Below, piece by piece: positions 12,258-23,235 of a stretch of 64,000 bases of DNA. The stretch is from Thecamonas trahens ATCC 50062. Lineage: Eukaryota; Protista; Apusomonadida. The notes under the pieces were generated by a model. The model had not been told where the DNA came from. It worked only from the letters and a program-made list of their open reading frames with translations, and searched no databases. Each line of letters opens with the position of its first letter. Position 1 is the first letter of the stretch. The stretch is from assembly GCF_000142905.1 (NCBI RefSeq), contig NW_013657671.1:372001-436000 (forward strand), read 5' to 3'. The position numbers and the translations under genes are program-made.

Positions 12258-12505
12258 GACGTGAGACGTTGCGTGTGTGTGTAGGGGAGGGGGGGGGGGG
12301 GGGGGAGAGGTGTGTGCTTGTGTGTGTAGGCCAACGGGAAGGAAAGTGGGTGACCTCGGTCGGGATCGGGATCGAGGTCGAGCAGGTCGAGCCGGCCGAG
12401 CGGGGTGCAGCATGCCCCACATCGATCGATGGTGTCGCAGGGTGACGTCGATGATGCGGCAGGTGGTTCAATGGGAGCCATGCCGGCTCGGGGAGTTATG
12501 GTCGA

Positions 12506-13723
12506 CTACTTGCTCGCATCGCTCTCAGCCTCCAGTGCTGCGAGCTTGTCATCGAGGGCAGCAGCATCGAGTTCGGCAGAGAACTCGTCGAGCAGCTCGC
12601 CAGCCATCATGGCATCGATATCGTGCTTAGTGAGGCCGATGCGATGGTCGGTGACGCGTGACTGCGGAAAGTTGTAGGTCCGGATGCGCTCCGAGCGGGC
12701 GGCCGAGCCGATGAGGGCGTTGCGGAGCGTGGCCTGCTCGGCTTGGCGCTGCTCGATCTCGAGCTCGTACAGCCGTGCGCCGAGAATGCGTAGCGCCTTG
12801 CGCTTGTTCTTGTGCTGCGACCGTTCGTCCTGCATGGTGACGACGAGGCCGGTGGGGAGGTGGGTGATGCGGACGGCCGAGTCGGTGGTGTTGACGTGCT
12901 GCCCGCCGGCGCCCGAAGCGCGGTAGGTGTCGATGCGCAGATCAGACTCGGGAATGTCGGCGTTGGCCGAGCCGAGCGCCGAGTCGGGCAGCGGCATGAC
13001 GGCGACCGAGACGGTCGAGGTATGGACCCGCCCAGTTGTTTCGGTCTCGGGAATCCGCTGGACCCGATGGACGCCCGACTCGTACTTGAGCGCAGCATAC
13101 GCCCGCTTGGATGGCGCTTTGACTTCGGCCACCACCTTCTGGCTCCCGCCGACGGCCGAGACCGACTCGGCGAGCAGATCGACCCGCCAGCCGCGTCGGG
13201 CAGCGTACTTGGAGTACATGGCAAACATCTCGGCAGCAAAGAGCGAGGCCTCACCACCACCGGCGCCCGCACGGATCTCCAGCACGACATCAGCGTCGTC
13301 CTCGGGATCGCGCGGAACGAGCGCAGCACGAAGCGCACGCTCGGCCGTCGCCAGGCCATCAGCGAGCTCAGCAAACTCGGCTGCGGCCTCGTCATCCTCG
13401 CCGGCGGCCTCGTCCTCGGCCATCAGCTCGTTGAGCGCTTCGATGTCAGCAGTAAGGCTGGCGACCTCTTGGCTTAGCGCCACCACATGAGCTAGCTCGG
13501 CCGCACGGCGTCCGGCCGCAGCATCGGGCGCTTCACCGCGGGCGGCGGCCTCGGCGCCTGCCGCCGCCAGCGCCTCGGCCTCGCCAGCCAGAGCCTCGGC
13601 GCGGGTGCGGAGACCCGGCGTGAGGACCGAGGCATACTCAAAGGCCGCAGCAGCCAAAGGCTGTGTCTGCAGCAGGCGCAGGCCCGTCCTGGCTTCTCTC
13701 CACAAACAGATGCTGCGGAGCAT
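12506..13723 (-). CDS. MTRF1L: Mitochondrial peptide chain release factor 1 (RF1/PrfA type)
   Basis: GGQ motif 'RASGAGGQHVNTTDSAVRITH', PxT motif 'QRIPETE', 'LEIRAGAGGGEA', and an Arg/Leu-rich N-terminal presequence. Confidence 0.92.
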   Translation of the reverse strand: MLRSICLWREARTGLRLLQTQPLAAAAFEYASVLTPGLRTRAEALAGEAEALAAAGAEAAARGEAPDAAAGRRAAELAHVVALSQEVASLTADIEALNELMAEDEAAGEDDEAAAEFAELADGLATAERALRAALVPRDPEDDADVVLEIRAGAGGGEASLFAAEMFAMYSKYAARRGWRVDLLAESVSAVGGSQKVVAEVKAPSKRAYAALKYESGVHRVQRIPETETTGRVHTSTVSVAVMPLPDSALGSANADIPESDLRIDTYRASGAGGQHVNTTDSAVRITHLPTGLVVTMQDERSQHKNKRKALRILGARLYELEIEQRQAEQATLRNALIGSAARSERIRTYNFPQSRVTDHRIGLTKHDIDAMMAGELLDEFSAELDAAALDDKLAALEAESDASK

Positions 13724-14113
13724 GACGGAGAGGTGGCGTGGCTTGAGGCTGGTGGGGGGATGAATGAAGTGCGACGACGGTTCGACCGCTGGCTTTCTGC
13801 GGGCAGCGACAAGAGCCGAGGCACATCACGCTCCGATGAACAGCCGGGGGGGTGGTGGGGGGTGGTGGTAGGGATGCTTGCTCCCCTCGCGTCTCGCCCC
13901 TACCCCCACCCCGCTGACACCGCGATCAGAGGGAGACGTCCGATCAGCGTGCATCATGACCCTCACAGCAACGATCCACATCACCATACCCTTCGTAGCT
14001 GTACCTAACATCGATACCGATACCGATCGGTGACTGATGCGCCGCTGACGGAATGGGGGCTTTCGGTGTACAGTTGAGTTCATTCCGAGAAGCCCCCCTC
14101 CCAGCACCGATCG

Positions 14114-14619
14114 NNNNNNNNNNNNNNNNNNNNNNNNNNNNNNNNNNNNNNNNNNNNNNNNNNNNNNNNNNNNNNNNNNNNNNNNNNNNNNNNNNNNNNN
14201 NNNNNNNNNNNNNNNNNNNNNNNNNNNNNNNNNNNNNNNNNNNNNNNNNNNNNNNNNNNNNNNNNNNNNNNNNNNNNNNNNNNNNNNNNNNNNNNNNNNN
14301 NNNNNNNNNNNNNNNNNNNNNNNNNNNNNNNNNNNNNNNNNNNNNNNNNNNNNNNNNNNNNNNNNNNNNNNNNNNNNNNNNNNNNNNNNNNNNNNNNNNN
14401 NNNNNNNNNNNNNNNNNNNNNNNNNNNNNNNNNNNNNNNNNNNNNNNNNNNNNNNNNNNNNNNNNNNNNNNNNNNNNNNNNNNNNNNNNNNNNNNNNNNN
14501 NNNNNNNNNNNNNNNNNNNNNNNNNNNNNNNNNNNNNNNNNNNNNNNNNNNNNNNNNNNNNNNNNNNNNNNNNNNNNNNNNNNNNNNNNNNNNNNNNNNN
14601 NNNNNNNNNNNNNNNNNNN
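14114..14619. other. Assembly gap with a duplicated flank
   Basis: N run; 14052-14092 is repeated, with two 1-nt insertions, at 14620-14661. Confidence 0.95.
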
Positions 14620-14802
14620 AATGGGGGCTTTCGGTGTACAGTTGACGTTCACTTCCGAGAATCCGCCCCCCCCCCCCCCCCGCCCCTTCCCCCACCCGTG
14701 CCCTTCCGTGTGAGGACAATGGCATTTGGCCAATGGCTGACCATGGCACACCATCGTTTCCTTCCCAGAGAGACCACCACCTCACCCAGGGCGCACCGAG
14801 CC

Positions 14803-15140
14803 ATGCGTCGGCGAGGAAGGCGAGGCTCTACTCAGAGGAGTTCTTCACAGGAGACTAATGATCTGGGCCCACTTCCAGACGGTATGTAGTGTATAGGATG
14901 AGCCAGTACGAGGGTGGAAGGGCGTGGTTGCTGGTGTGTGTGTGTGGGGGGGGTTTGGGGGTTTGGGGGTTTGGCCCATGTTCGGTCGTCCGTACACTGG
15001 TTGCGTTCGTTCCAGCCACACGTGCGAGTGGTTTGTCAGCCGAAAGCAGTGGCTGTGGGTGGGAAGAGGGGGGTGGGTGGGTGGGAGGGGGGGGGGGGGG
15101 GGGGAAGTTGTGGAGGTGGTCATTACTCATGTGTGTATGT

Positions 15141-15192
<52 letters not shown>

Positions 15193-17367
15193 GGCTGGGA
15201 GGAGCGGGTCGACTCGCGCGGACGCAAGTACTATGTCGACCATACGACGCGGAGCACGTCGTGGAACGACCCGCGGCTGACCAGTGCTGGCGGTGGAGGG
15301 TCTAGCAGCGCAGCTGGGGGAGGAGGGAGGAGCGCCAGTGCAAGCTCTGGTGGGAGGGCTCAGGCAGAGTCGGAGGAGGCTGCGCGACAGCAGTATCAGT
15401 CGCGTGTGGCGCTGGTGGCGTCGCCGACGGCGTCGACTTCGACGACAGCGACGGCGGCGGACGGGACGGCTGCCGGAGAAGAGCCGCTGCCAGACGGATG
15501 GGAGATGCGGCGGGCGGCCAACGGGCGAGTGTACTTTGTGAATCACAACGACCGCACAACATCCTGGGAGGATCCGCGGACGAGTAGCCGCGGCGACGGT
15601 GGCGGCGGCGGCGGTGGCGGCAGCGGCGGTGGCGGTGCGGCGGCGGGTGCAGCGACAGCGGCGGCGTCGGCGTCTGATTCCGATGACGACGAAGACGACG
15701 ACGATGCTGGTGATTTGCCCGACGGATGGGAGGAGCGAGTCGACGGGCGCGGGCGGGTGTACTACGTCAATCACAACCAGCGGACGACGCAGTGGGAGCG
15801 GCCGACGAACGGCAGTCGTTCGCGGCGATCGCGGCGGTCACGGCGACGGGAGCGACGCGAGCGGCGGTCGCGGCGAAGCGGGAGCCGGGCGAGCACGACT
15901 GAAGGGCCCAGCGCGTCGGCAGTCGCCGGCTCGACCACACCTGGGCTGCCGTCGGGATGGGAGCGGCGGACGGATGCGCGTGGGCGGACGTACTACGTTG
16001 ACCACAACACGCGGACGACGCATTGGGAGGCACCGGCGCCGGTCACGGTGCCGGGAGCGAGTAGCGGCGGAGGCGAGCTTGGCCCGCTGCCGGCCGGGTG
16101 GGAGCAGCGGCTGACTGCGGACGGGCGGACGTTTTTTGTGGACCACAACACGCGGACGACGACATGGGAGGACCCGCGGCTTGTGGGCGGGGTGGCGACG
16201 GGCGGAACGATCATTGTGCCCGAGTACCAGCGTAACTTTACCGCCAAGGTGCAGTACTTTCATGCGCACCACCCGCTGGCGCAAGGCGAGTGCATTGTCA
16301 AGGTTGCCCGCGAGACGATGTTCCAAGACACAGTGCCTGCCATCATGAGCAAGGATCCATCGGAGCTCCAGAAGCGGTACCGTGTTGTGCTCCGCGGCGA
16401 AGAGGGCTTGGACTACGGCGGCGTCTCCCGCGAGTACTTTTTCCAGATCTCGCGCGAGATGTTCAACCCGTACTACGGGCTCTTTGAGTACTCTGCCACG
16501 GACAACTACACGCTGCAGATCAACCGGTTCTCCAACATCAACGAGGACCACTTGCTGTACTTCCGAGCCATCGGGCGGATCATGGCGGTGGCAGTCCTGA
16601 ACCACAAGTTTGTGGACGCCTTCTTTGTCCGCCACTTTTACAAGGCCATGCTCGGCAAGCCGGCCGACGTCGAAGACCTCGAGCTTGTTGACGCCGAGTA
16701 CGCGCGGTCGCTCAAGTGGATGCTCGAGAATGACATCACGGACATCATGTACGAGACTTTCACCGACTCACTGGAGGAGTTTGGCGCGACGCGCGAGGTG
16801 GAGCTCAAGCCCGGCGGCGCTGACATAGACGTGACCAACGAGAACAAGGCCGAGTACGTGAGGCTGGTTGTCAACTTCCGGCTCGTCGACTCGGTTAAGG
16901 ACCAGATGAACGCGTTCCTCACCGGGTTCGGCGAGGTCATCCCCATCGACGCGCTGGGCATCTTTGACGAGAAGGAGCTCGAGCTGTTCATTGGCGGCAT
17001 TAACGACATCGATGTCGACGACTGGGAGCGCAACACCATCTACCGCTCGCCCTTCCATCGCCGCCACAAGGTCATCAAATGGTTCTGGAAAGCTGTCCGC
17101 TCGTTCTCTGCCGAGCAGCGCTCGCGGCTCCTCCAGTTTGTCACCGGCACGTCCAAGCTCCCGCTCGGCGGGTTTGCCGAGCTCTACGGCTCCAACGGCA
17201 AGCAGCAGTTTACCATTGACAAGAAGAATGGCTCGCCCAACTCGCTCCCGGCCGCCCACACTTGCTTCCTCCGCATCGATCTGCCGGTCTACCGCTCGTA
17301 CGACCAACTCCGCGAGAAGCTGCTTTACGCTGTTGAGGAGGGTCAAGGCGCATTCATGATGGAGTAG
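14803..17367 (+). CDS. NEDD4-family HECT E3 ubiquitin ligase with five WW domains; exons 14803-14881 and 15194-17367 (further 5' exons possible)
   Basis: Intron 14882-15193 (GTATGT...TAG) joins [13 protein letters not shown]. Five WW repeats. HECT motifs '[15 protein letters not shown]', 'LLQFVTGTS' and catalytic 'LPAAHTCF'. Confidence 0.93.
15131..15190 (+). repeat. (GT)n microsatellite at the 3' end of the intron
   Basis: Directly visible. Confidence 0.95.
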
Positions 17368-17546
17368 TGAGCGTTGCCCACCAACGGAAGATATCTTGAA
17401 CCGAAGATAGCATCTGCAGAGTGGCGGGAGTGGCGGAGTGGCGGAGTGGTGGGTGCGGTGCGGGTGCGGGTGCGGGTGCGGATGCGGGTGAGGAGCTGCA
17501 GCCGTTGGCACCTGACGCTGGCGTCAAGGTGGGGAGCAGCGGTGCG

Positions 17547-18353
17547 ATGCAGGCAAGTGGAAGCAGGGGGTCGGGCCATAGCTCGGAGGACAGACCCCGA
17601 GTGGAGCATGGAGTGCCTAGTCCGTTGCTGCTAACGCGGACTCGGGGAGGCGGCGAAGCAGGCACGGCCGATCTCGACGGTGTCCGCCACCTGGCCGGCT
17701 CGAGGTCAATCGCGCGCGACACGACGATCTCACGGTATTATGGGACGCACACACTGACGCCAGACGGGCCTCCTCCAGTCAACTCTGGAGAGTGGGCACC
17801 AACGGTGGCGACGGTGGCGGATGTGACGGCCGGCCACGGAGCGGGCGGCCCGTCGAGGGCGCGGGCGGTCATGCTCGCAACGTACGGGACGACAACAACA
17901 GAGGATCCGCGGGTGACCACTGCGCTGCCGTTTGATCGCTACGCTCGCGACTCGATTGCATCGCGGGCGTACGCCGGCTCGCCGGCGGTGCGCGCTGCCG
18001 ACCGGGCGCGGCGGCAGAGAGTGGCGGACGCGGCAGGTCAGCTGCCGACGTCGGCGTCGACGAGGCGGCCGACCGGAGTGAGCCTCGGCCCCGAGGCTGC
18101 AGCAGAGAGCGTGAGGAGCGAGTCGCGGGGCGGCATCGCGCGCTCGGTGATGCGCAGCCAGTATTATGGGACAGATCCGCTGTCGCAGCTCGGAGGGAGT
18201 GGTGGCGCGCGGTGGGCGCGCGACTCGATCGCCGCCCAGCCAGTGCCGGTGTTGGGAAGCGGCGCGTCAGAGGTCGGCGCGGCGCGGCGGCGGACGCTGG
18301 AGCAGTACTACGGCACACACACGACTGAGATGCGCGAGCATGAGCAGCTTTAA
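17547..18353 (+). CDS. Hypothetical low-complexity protein with YYGT and ARDSI repeats (start uncertain)
   Basis: Repeated motifs RYYGTHT, ATYGTTT, QYYGTDP, QYYGTHT and RYARDSIA/RWARDSIA support real coding. Confidence 0.55.
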   Translation: MQASGSRGSGHSSEDRPRVEHGVPSPLLLTRTRGGGEAGTADLDGVRHLAGSRSIARDTTISRYYGTHTLTPDGPPPVNSGEWAPTVATVADVTAGHGAGGPSRARAVMLATYGTTTTEDPRVTTALPFDRYARDSIASRAYAGSPAVRAADRARRQRVADAAGQLPTSASTRRPTGVSLGPEAAAESVRSESRGGIARSVMRSQYYGTDPLSQLGGSGGARWARDSIAAQPVPVLGSGASEVGAARRRTLEQYYGTHTTEMREHEQL

Positions 18354-18366
18354 GGCGTATACTTAT

Positions 18367-19217
18367 CCCTTAGCGGTACGGTCGTTCGGACGCGTTGTCG
18401 CGCGTCTCAAAGTGAATAACTCGATAATGATTGACTTCCCGGTGAGAGGCGCGCCTGCACGTGAAGGCGGTCGACACGTAGACGCCCACCTGAAGGATGC
18501 CCAAGTTGACGTCGCTGTGACGGACGCCCGGAAGCACGCGCGAGGCGCGCGAGGTGCCGTACGGCACCGATCCGGAAGAGCGGCGGGCGCGGACGGTGCG
18601 GAGCTTGTCGTTGACGACCCGAGGACCGGGAAGGAGAGCATGACAGAGGTGAACACCGCGGCCGGACGGGAGAGCACGAAGACGTTGTGGATCTTCTTGC
18701 GACGGACGAGCTTGCCGGTCGGCGTGGCCGCGCAAGTGGTGGCACGCCATTCTTGTACTGGATTCTGGACGCCGCGCTCATCAGCGCGTACGCGCTCTAC
18801 GCTGATGCGAGCCCATACCCCGCCATGACTCGCCTGGCTTTTCTCTACGACATCATCGTCGCCCTCTTGCCGCCAGCGCCGACGCCATCAGCGCCGCGCC
18901 ATCGCTCAAGCGGAAGCGTCCCCCTGAAGCGGCTGCTCGTCATCACCACTTTCCCAACAAGTTGCTCTGCGACGCGACTGCCTCGCCTGCAGGAAGCTTC
19001 ATGGAAAGCGATCGATCGTGGCCGCGGACCTTTTGCGCCGCGTGCGGCGTCCATGTCTGCGTCGCCAACTGTTTTCTGTTGTGGTTCACGTGTGGCCAAA
19101 GCAGCCATTAACACAACTACTCTTTTACCGCTATTGATGGACGTTGCGCCGTATGCGGAGCGTCGCGGAGCGCGGCTTGCGCGATGGACAGATTTGTCCA
19201 TTCCATACCGTAAAGGA
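18367..19217 (+). mobile_element. Decayed, internally deleted piggyBac-family transposon
   Basis: Left end TTAT|CCCTTAGCGGTACGG, right end CCATACCGTAAAGGA|TTAA (imperfect 15-bp TIR). Frameshifted transposase remnants 'KWWHA..FLYWILDAALISAYALY..MTRLAFLYDIIVALL', 'HHHFP', 'RDCLACRK', 'TFCAACGVHVCVANCF'. Confidence 0.82.
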
Positions 19218-20024
19218 TTAAACGAGGCCGGTGGCAATGAGGCGGTCGCGCATGGCCGGGTAAATGACCTTAGACTCGGTGCCCGAGACGGAAATGACCT
19301 TGTCGAGAGAGGCGTAGTAGTCGAGGACCGGCTGCTTCTGGTCGTTGAAGATCTCGAGGCGGTGGAGGATAACCTCCTCCTTGTCGTCGTCGCGCTGGAC
19401 AAGCGGCTCGCCGGTCTCATCGTCCTTGCCCTCCTCCTTGGGCGGGTTGAACGAGACGTGGTAAATGCGGCCCGAGCCCGGATGGACCCGCCGGCCCGAG
19501 AGGCGGCGGACAATCTCCTCGGCAGGCACATCGACCTCGAGAACAACGTCGACCGGGCGGATGGCGTCAAGCATCTTGGCCTGCACCAGCGTCCGCGGGA
19601 AGCCGTCGAGAATGATTCGCGGCGCGGCAGCAACATCGATCTTGGGCTTGACTGTGCAGCAGTATGGCAGGGGGTGAGTGGAGGGGGAGGGGGAGGCGGT
19701 GGGGAGGGAGAGGGGGAGATCGTTGCGAGGCGGCGTACGGAGGTCGAGAATGATGTCGTCACCGACGAGATTGCCGGCATCGATGGTGGCTTTGATGGCC
19801 TTGCCCTTGTCGGTGGCAAGGAAATCAGCATCAGAGAGGGCATCCCGAATGAGATCGCCCGTGGAGAGATGACCAAGAGCAAAGTCACGGACAAGCCACT
19901 CGGCAATGGTGCCCTTGCCCGAGCCGGGTGCTCCAAACATAGCCACCGCCACCGGAGCTGCACTGCCCGTCGACAGCCTTCGTCCAGCCACAGAGGCAAG
20001 CGTCCGCACAGCAGTAGCAAACAT
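19218..20024 (-). CDS. adk: Mitochondrial adenylate kinase (AK2/AK3-like); exons 20024-19739 and 19651-19218
   Basis: P-loop GAPGSGKGT, HLSTGDLIR, ILDGFPRT, LID region RRVHPGSGRIYH...LVQRDDD. An 87-nt in-frame intron 19652-19738 (GTACGC...CAG). Confidence 0.93.
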   Translation of the reverse strand: MFATAVRTLASVAGRRLSTGSAAPVAVAMFGAPGSGKGTIAEWLVRDFALGHLSTGDLIRDALSDADFLATDKGKAIKATIDAGNLVGDDIILDLRTPPRNDLPLSLPTASPSPSTHPLPYCCTVKPKIDVAAAPRIILDGFPRTLVQAKMLDAIRPVDVVLEVDVPAEEIVRRLSGRRVHPGSGRIYHVSFNPPKEEGKDDETGEPLVQRDDDKEEVILHRLEIFNDQKQPVLDYYASLDKVISVSGTESKVIYPAMRDRLIATGLV

Positions 20025-20149
20025 ATGTGTAAGTGGTGAGTGTGTAGATGGGAGGTCGCAACGAGGAGTGGGTGGGCCAGAGGTGGTCATGGTACCGTGC
20101 TGCCGCCCACCACCATTCCCTGCCGCCGGCCGAGTCGTTTGCCAGACCA

Positions 20150-20450
20150 AACGAGCGAACGATGATGAAACGAACGGACGAACGATGAAGCGAACGAACG
20201 GACGAACGATGATGAAACGAACGGACGAACGATGAAGCGAACGAACGGACGAACGATGAAACGAACGAACGAACGAACGATGAAACGAACGAACGGACGA
20301 ACGATGAAACGAACGAACGAACGATGAAGCGAACGAACGGACGAACGATGAAACGAACGAACGAACGATGAAGCGAACGAACGGACGAACGATGAAACGA
20401 ACGAACGAACGAACGGACGAATGAACGAACGAAACGAATGAACGATTGAA
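20150..20450. repeat. Compound (GAAC)n tandem repeat with higher-order units
   Basis: About ten units of the form ACGATGAA(A/G)CGAACGAAC(G/-)GACGA between divergent adk and BBS1. Confidence 0.92.
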
Positions 20451-20622
20451 CGCCTCCTGAGGGACCAGCCGGCAGCAGACAATGACCTCCCCGCGCCCCC
20501 CCTCCCCTCCCCTTCCCCCTCTCTCCCTCGTCACTCACCTCTCACATCAACACCCCCCCTCCCTTCAAGCAAGAGTCAACATCTTCACCGTCCACACGGC
20601 TGGGTAGGGCAAAGAGACAGAG

Positions 20623-22621
20623 ATGGCGTCGTCGGGCGGACGGACATTGCGGGTGACGGCCACAGGCTCCAACATGACCACCGGTGGCGGCGGGAGGTCG
20701 GGCAGAGACGGAAGCAGAGGTGATGGAGGTGGTGAAGGCGGAGGACTGGGTGGTGTTGGAGGCTCAGAGCGGAAGAATAAGGGTGCGACGTGGCTGGAGG
20801 CATGGACAGACGCCATTGCCGGCTTGCGGACACGACCGGCTTGCATGGCTCTCGGCGACATCCATGGGAACGGCGAGTCTTCGTTGGTGGTCGGCGACTT
20901 CAGCAAAGTCCTCAAGGTCTTTACTGGCAAGGCTCTGGCGCACGAGTCGCGCTTGCTGGATCCTCCCACGGCGGTGGTCACGTTTCACATCGGTGCGTCT
21001 GGCGGTGGCGGCGGTGGCGGCGGCGGCGGTGGGGCCGGTGCCGGCAGCTCGGCGGTTGGTGCGGCGTCGGCGGCGGTGGCAGTGGCATCAGGCGACGCGG
21101 TCTACGTCTTTCGCAACATGCACCCGTACTACAAGTTTTCGCTCCCACCGGCACCGCTTGTGCCCGGCGAGACCGAGCTGTGGGCCAAGATGCGGCAGCA
21201 GCCGCCGACGGTCGACCTGGCCGACGCTGCGGCCGAGCTGCGCGCGCTGTACGACACTGCGCCACACGACGCGCTCTCGTTCCTCTCTCTCGACGTGATG
21301 CAGTGCAGTTCGCCGAGCGAGATCGAGGCGTACATCGACAAGACGCGCGGGGTGGCGCTGGAGCGACCGGGCGTTATCACGTGCATGGCGACGCTCCATC
21401 GCAACTTTGACGACGACGCCGACAAGACCATGCTGGTCATCGGGACCGAGGACCGGCGGGCGCTCATTCTCGACGCCGCGTCGCGTGGACTAGAGATTGC
21501 TGTGCAGGTCTCGCTGCCGTCGGCGCCGGCGTTTGTGGCGGTGGCCGGCCAGTACTCGGTCGGCTACCGCATCACCTTTGCCTGCCGCAACGGACGGGTG
21601 TACACGCTCAAGGCTGGGCGCTGCAGGGCAAGGCCATCGAGCTCGAGTCGCTCCCGCTCGGTCTAGAGATGGATGGCCTCAAGACGGTGCTGGTGGGACG
21701 GCCGACGCCAAGGTCCACGCCTTTCACGCCAAAGGCAAGAAGCGGTACTCGCTCCACTTTGACTCGCCCATTCTCTCGATGGCCAAGATCTTTCTCAAGA
21801 TGCGCAATCTGACCTCGCTGGCAGTGGCGCTGGCCTCGGCCGAGCTGCGGATCTTCTCGGGCCGGGCCCTGGTCTCTGTGGTCCAGCTCAACTCACCGGC
21901 GGCCGGCATGGTCTTTGGATGCTACCACCGCGAGCAGCGGACGCTGCTTATTGCGCACGAGTCCGGGGCGCTCTCGGTCAAGATGCTCCCGCGCTCGCAA
22001 GTCTCTGCACTGACCTCATCGGCAGGAGCGACGGGCCCGCTGGCCGAGCAAACCGTTCCGCTCGCCCTTCCGCAGCGGACGCAGGTCTGGCTGGACCAGG
22101 CTAAGCGTGAGCACTCGGCCGCACTCGGTATGCACCAGACGTACCAGAAGGCGCTCTTCCAGCTCAAGCTCAACACCCTTCGCGAGTACGTCAAGCTCCT
22201 GCAGCAGTCGGCCGGCACGTCGGCGTCGGTGACGGCGGCGGCGCTGCCGTCGGCGAGCGATAGCGAGGCCGCGCACCACGCGCCGCAGGTCACTCTATCG
22301 CTCCGGCTCCTGGCCCAGATTGTGGGCCTCGGCCCGTCTTTCCTTGTCAAGATCACCGTGACCAACTCGTCGCCGTCGGCCGCTTCGGGCCTCTCGGTCG
22401 TCATCGGGCACAACCCCGAAGTGTATAGCATGCCGCGGTCTATTCTTCCACTCCCGCTCCTGGTTCCAGGCGTGCCCTACGTCCTTGCTCTCCAGCTCAA
22501 GTGTCTGGTCGAGGGAGCCTCGGACGCCATCACCGCTCTTGTCGTCAACTCGGGCTCGGACGTCCCGCTCATCTCGTACAAGCTCCAGGTTCCTGTTGCT
22601 GAAGTCATGCTCGATATTTAG
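20623..22621 (+). CDS. BBS1: Bardet-Biedl syndrome 1 (BBSome subunit); two single-base frameshifts at GGG 21616-21618 and 21695-21697
   Basis: 'WLEAWTDAIAGL..CMALGDIHGNG', 'YVFRNMHPYYKFSLP', 'LVIGTE', 'YRITFACRNGRVY'. Adding a G at each site gives KAGALQGKAIELESLPLGLEMDGLKTVLVGTADAKVHAFHAKGKK. Confidence 0.92.
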
Positions 22622-22753
22622 TCGTGTTAAAGCCCGATGGGTGTGTTTGTGAGCTGGCTGGCTGGCTGGCTGGCTGGCGGGCGGGCTGGCGGGCGGGCGA
22701 GAACAAGGCAGAGGACGACAGACACGCGACTCGAGGCAGCGAGACAGACAGCT

Positions 22754-23220
22754 ATGGCCGAGCAGGACGCCAATGCCAAGTTTGACCGGTGTGCGGAGAA
22801 TGCAATTGTGAACACAGCCGTGGGCACTGTTGGTGGCCTTGCGGTGGGTGTCACTCTTCTGCGTGGTATGTCTGTGTGGGAGGGAACGGGAGGGGGGGAG
22901 GGGGAGGGGAGGGGGGAGGGGAGGGGAGGGGGAGGGAAGGGGTATACTCACAGGGAAGATGGAATTGGGACTGGGCTCGGGGTTGTGGCTGACGACTGTG
23001 ACTGTGATTGGTGACTGGTGGCTGTGGCTGTGACCGTGACTGTATGCGTATGTGCATGGGTTTGTTGTCTGTGGTCGTAGGTCATCGACTGCTGCGCATG
23101 GCTGCCATTGGTGTGGGCATTGGTATGGGCGTGGGCATGGCCTGGTCAAACTGCTCGTACGACTTTAACAACCCGGGCATTACCCATGGTACTGTCATTC
23201 GCAAGGCTGATGCAAGCTGA
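22754..23220 (+). CDS. MIC10: MICOS subunit Mic10; exons 22754-22865 and 23081-23220
   Basis: 'KFDRCAENAIV', two Gly-rich TMs, 'GVGIGMGVGMAWSNCSYDF'. Intron 22866-23080 (GTATGT...TAG) keeps the frame. Confidence 0.92.
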
Positions 23221-23235
23221 TCTGAGCTTGGGCAT

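Noticed and set aside
13826-14889. ORFs running through the N gap
   Set aside because: Open only because of the Ns.
18687-20039. 450-aa + strand ORF as a gene
   Set aside because: Chimera of a piggyBac fragment and the antisense of adenylate kinase.
20150-20450. CRISPR-like array or the long RSFVRSF ORFs
   Set aside because: No unique spacers and no cas genes; the ORFs are translations of a simple repeat.
20623-22621. BBS1 (and WASHC4) as pseudogenes
   Set aside because: No nonsense codons or decay; the lesions are single-base homopolymer differences, so sequencing error is more likely.
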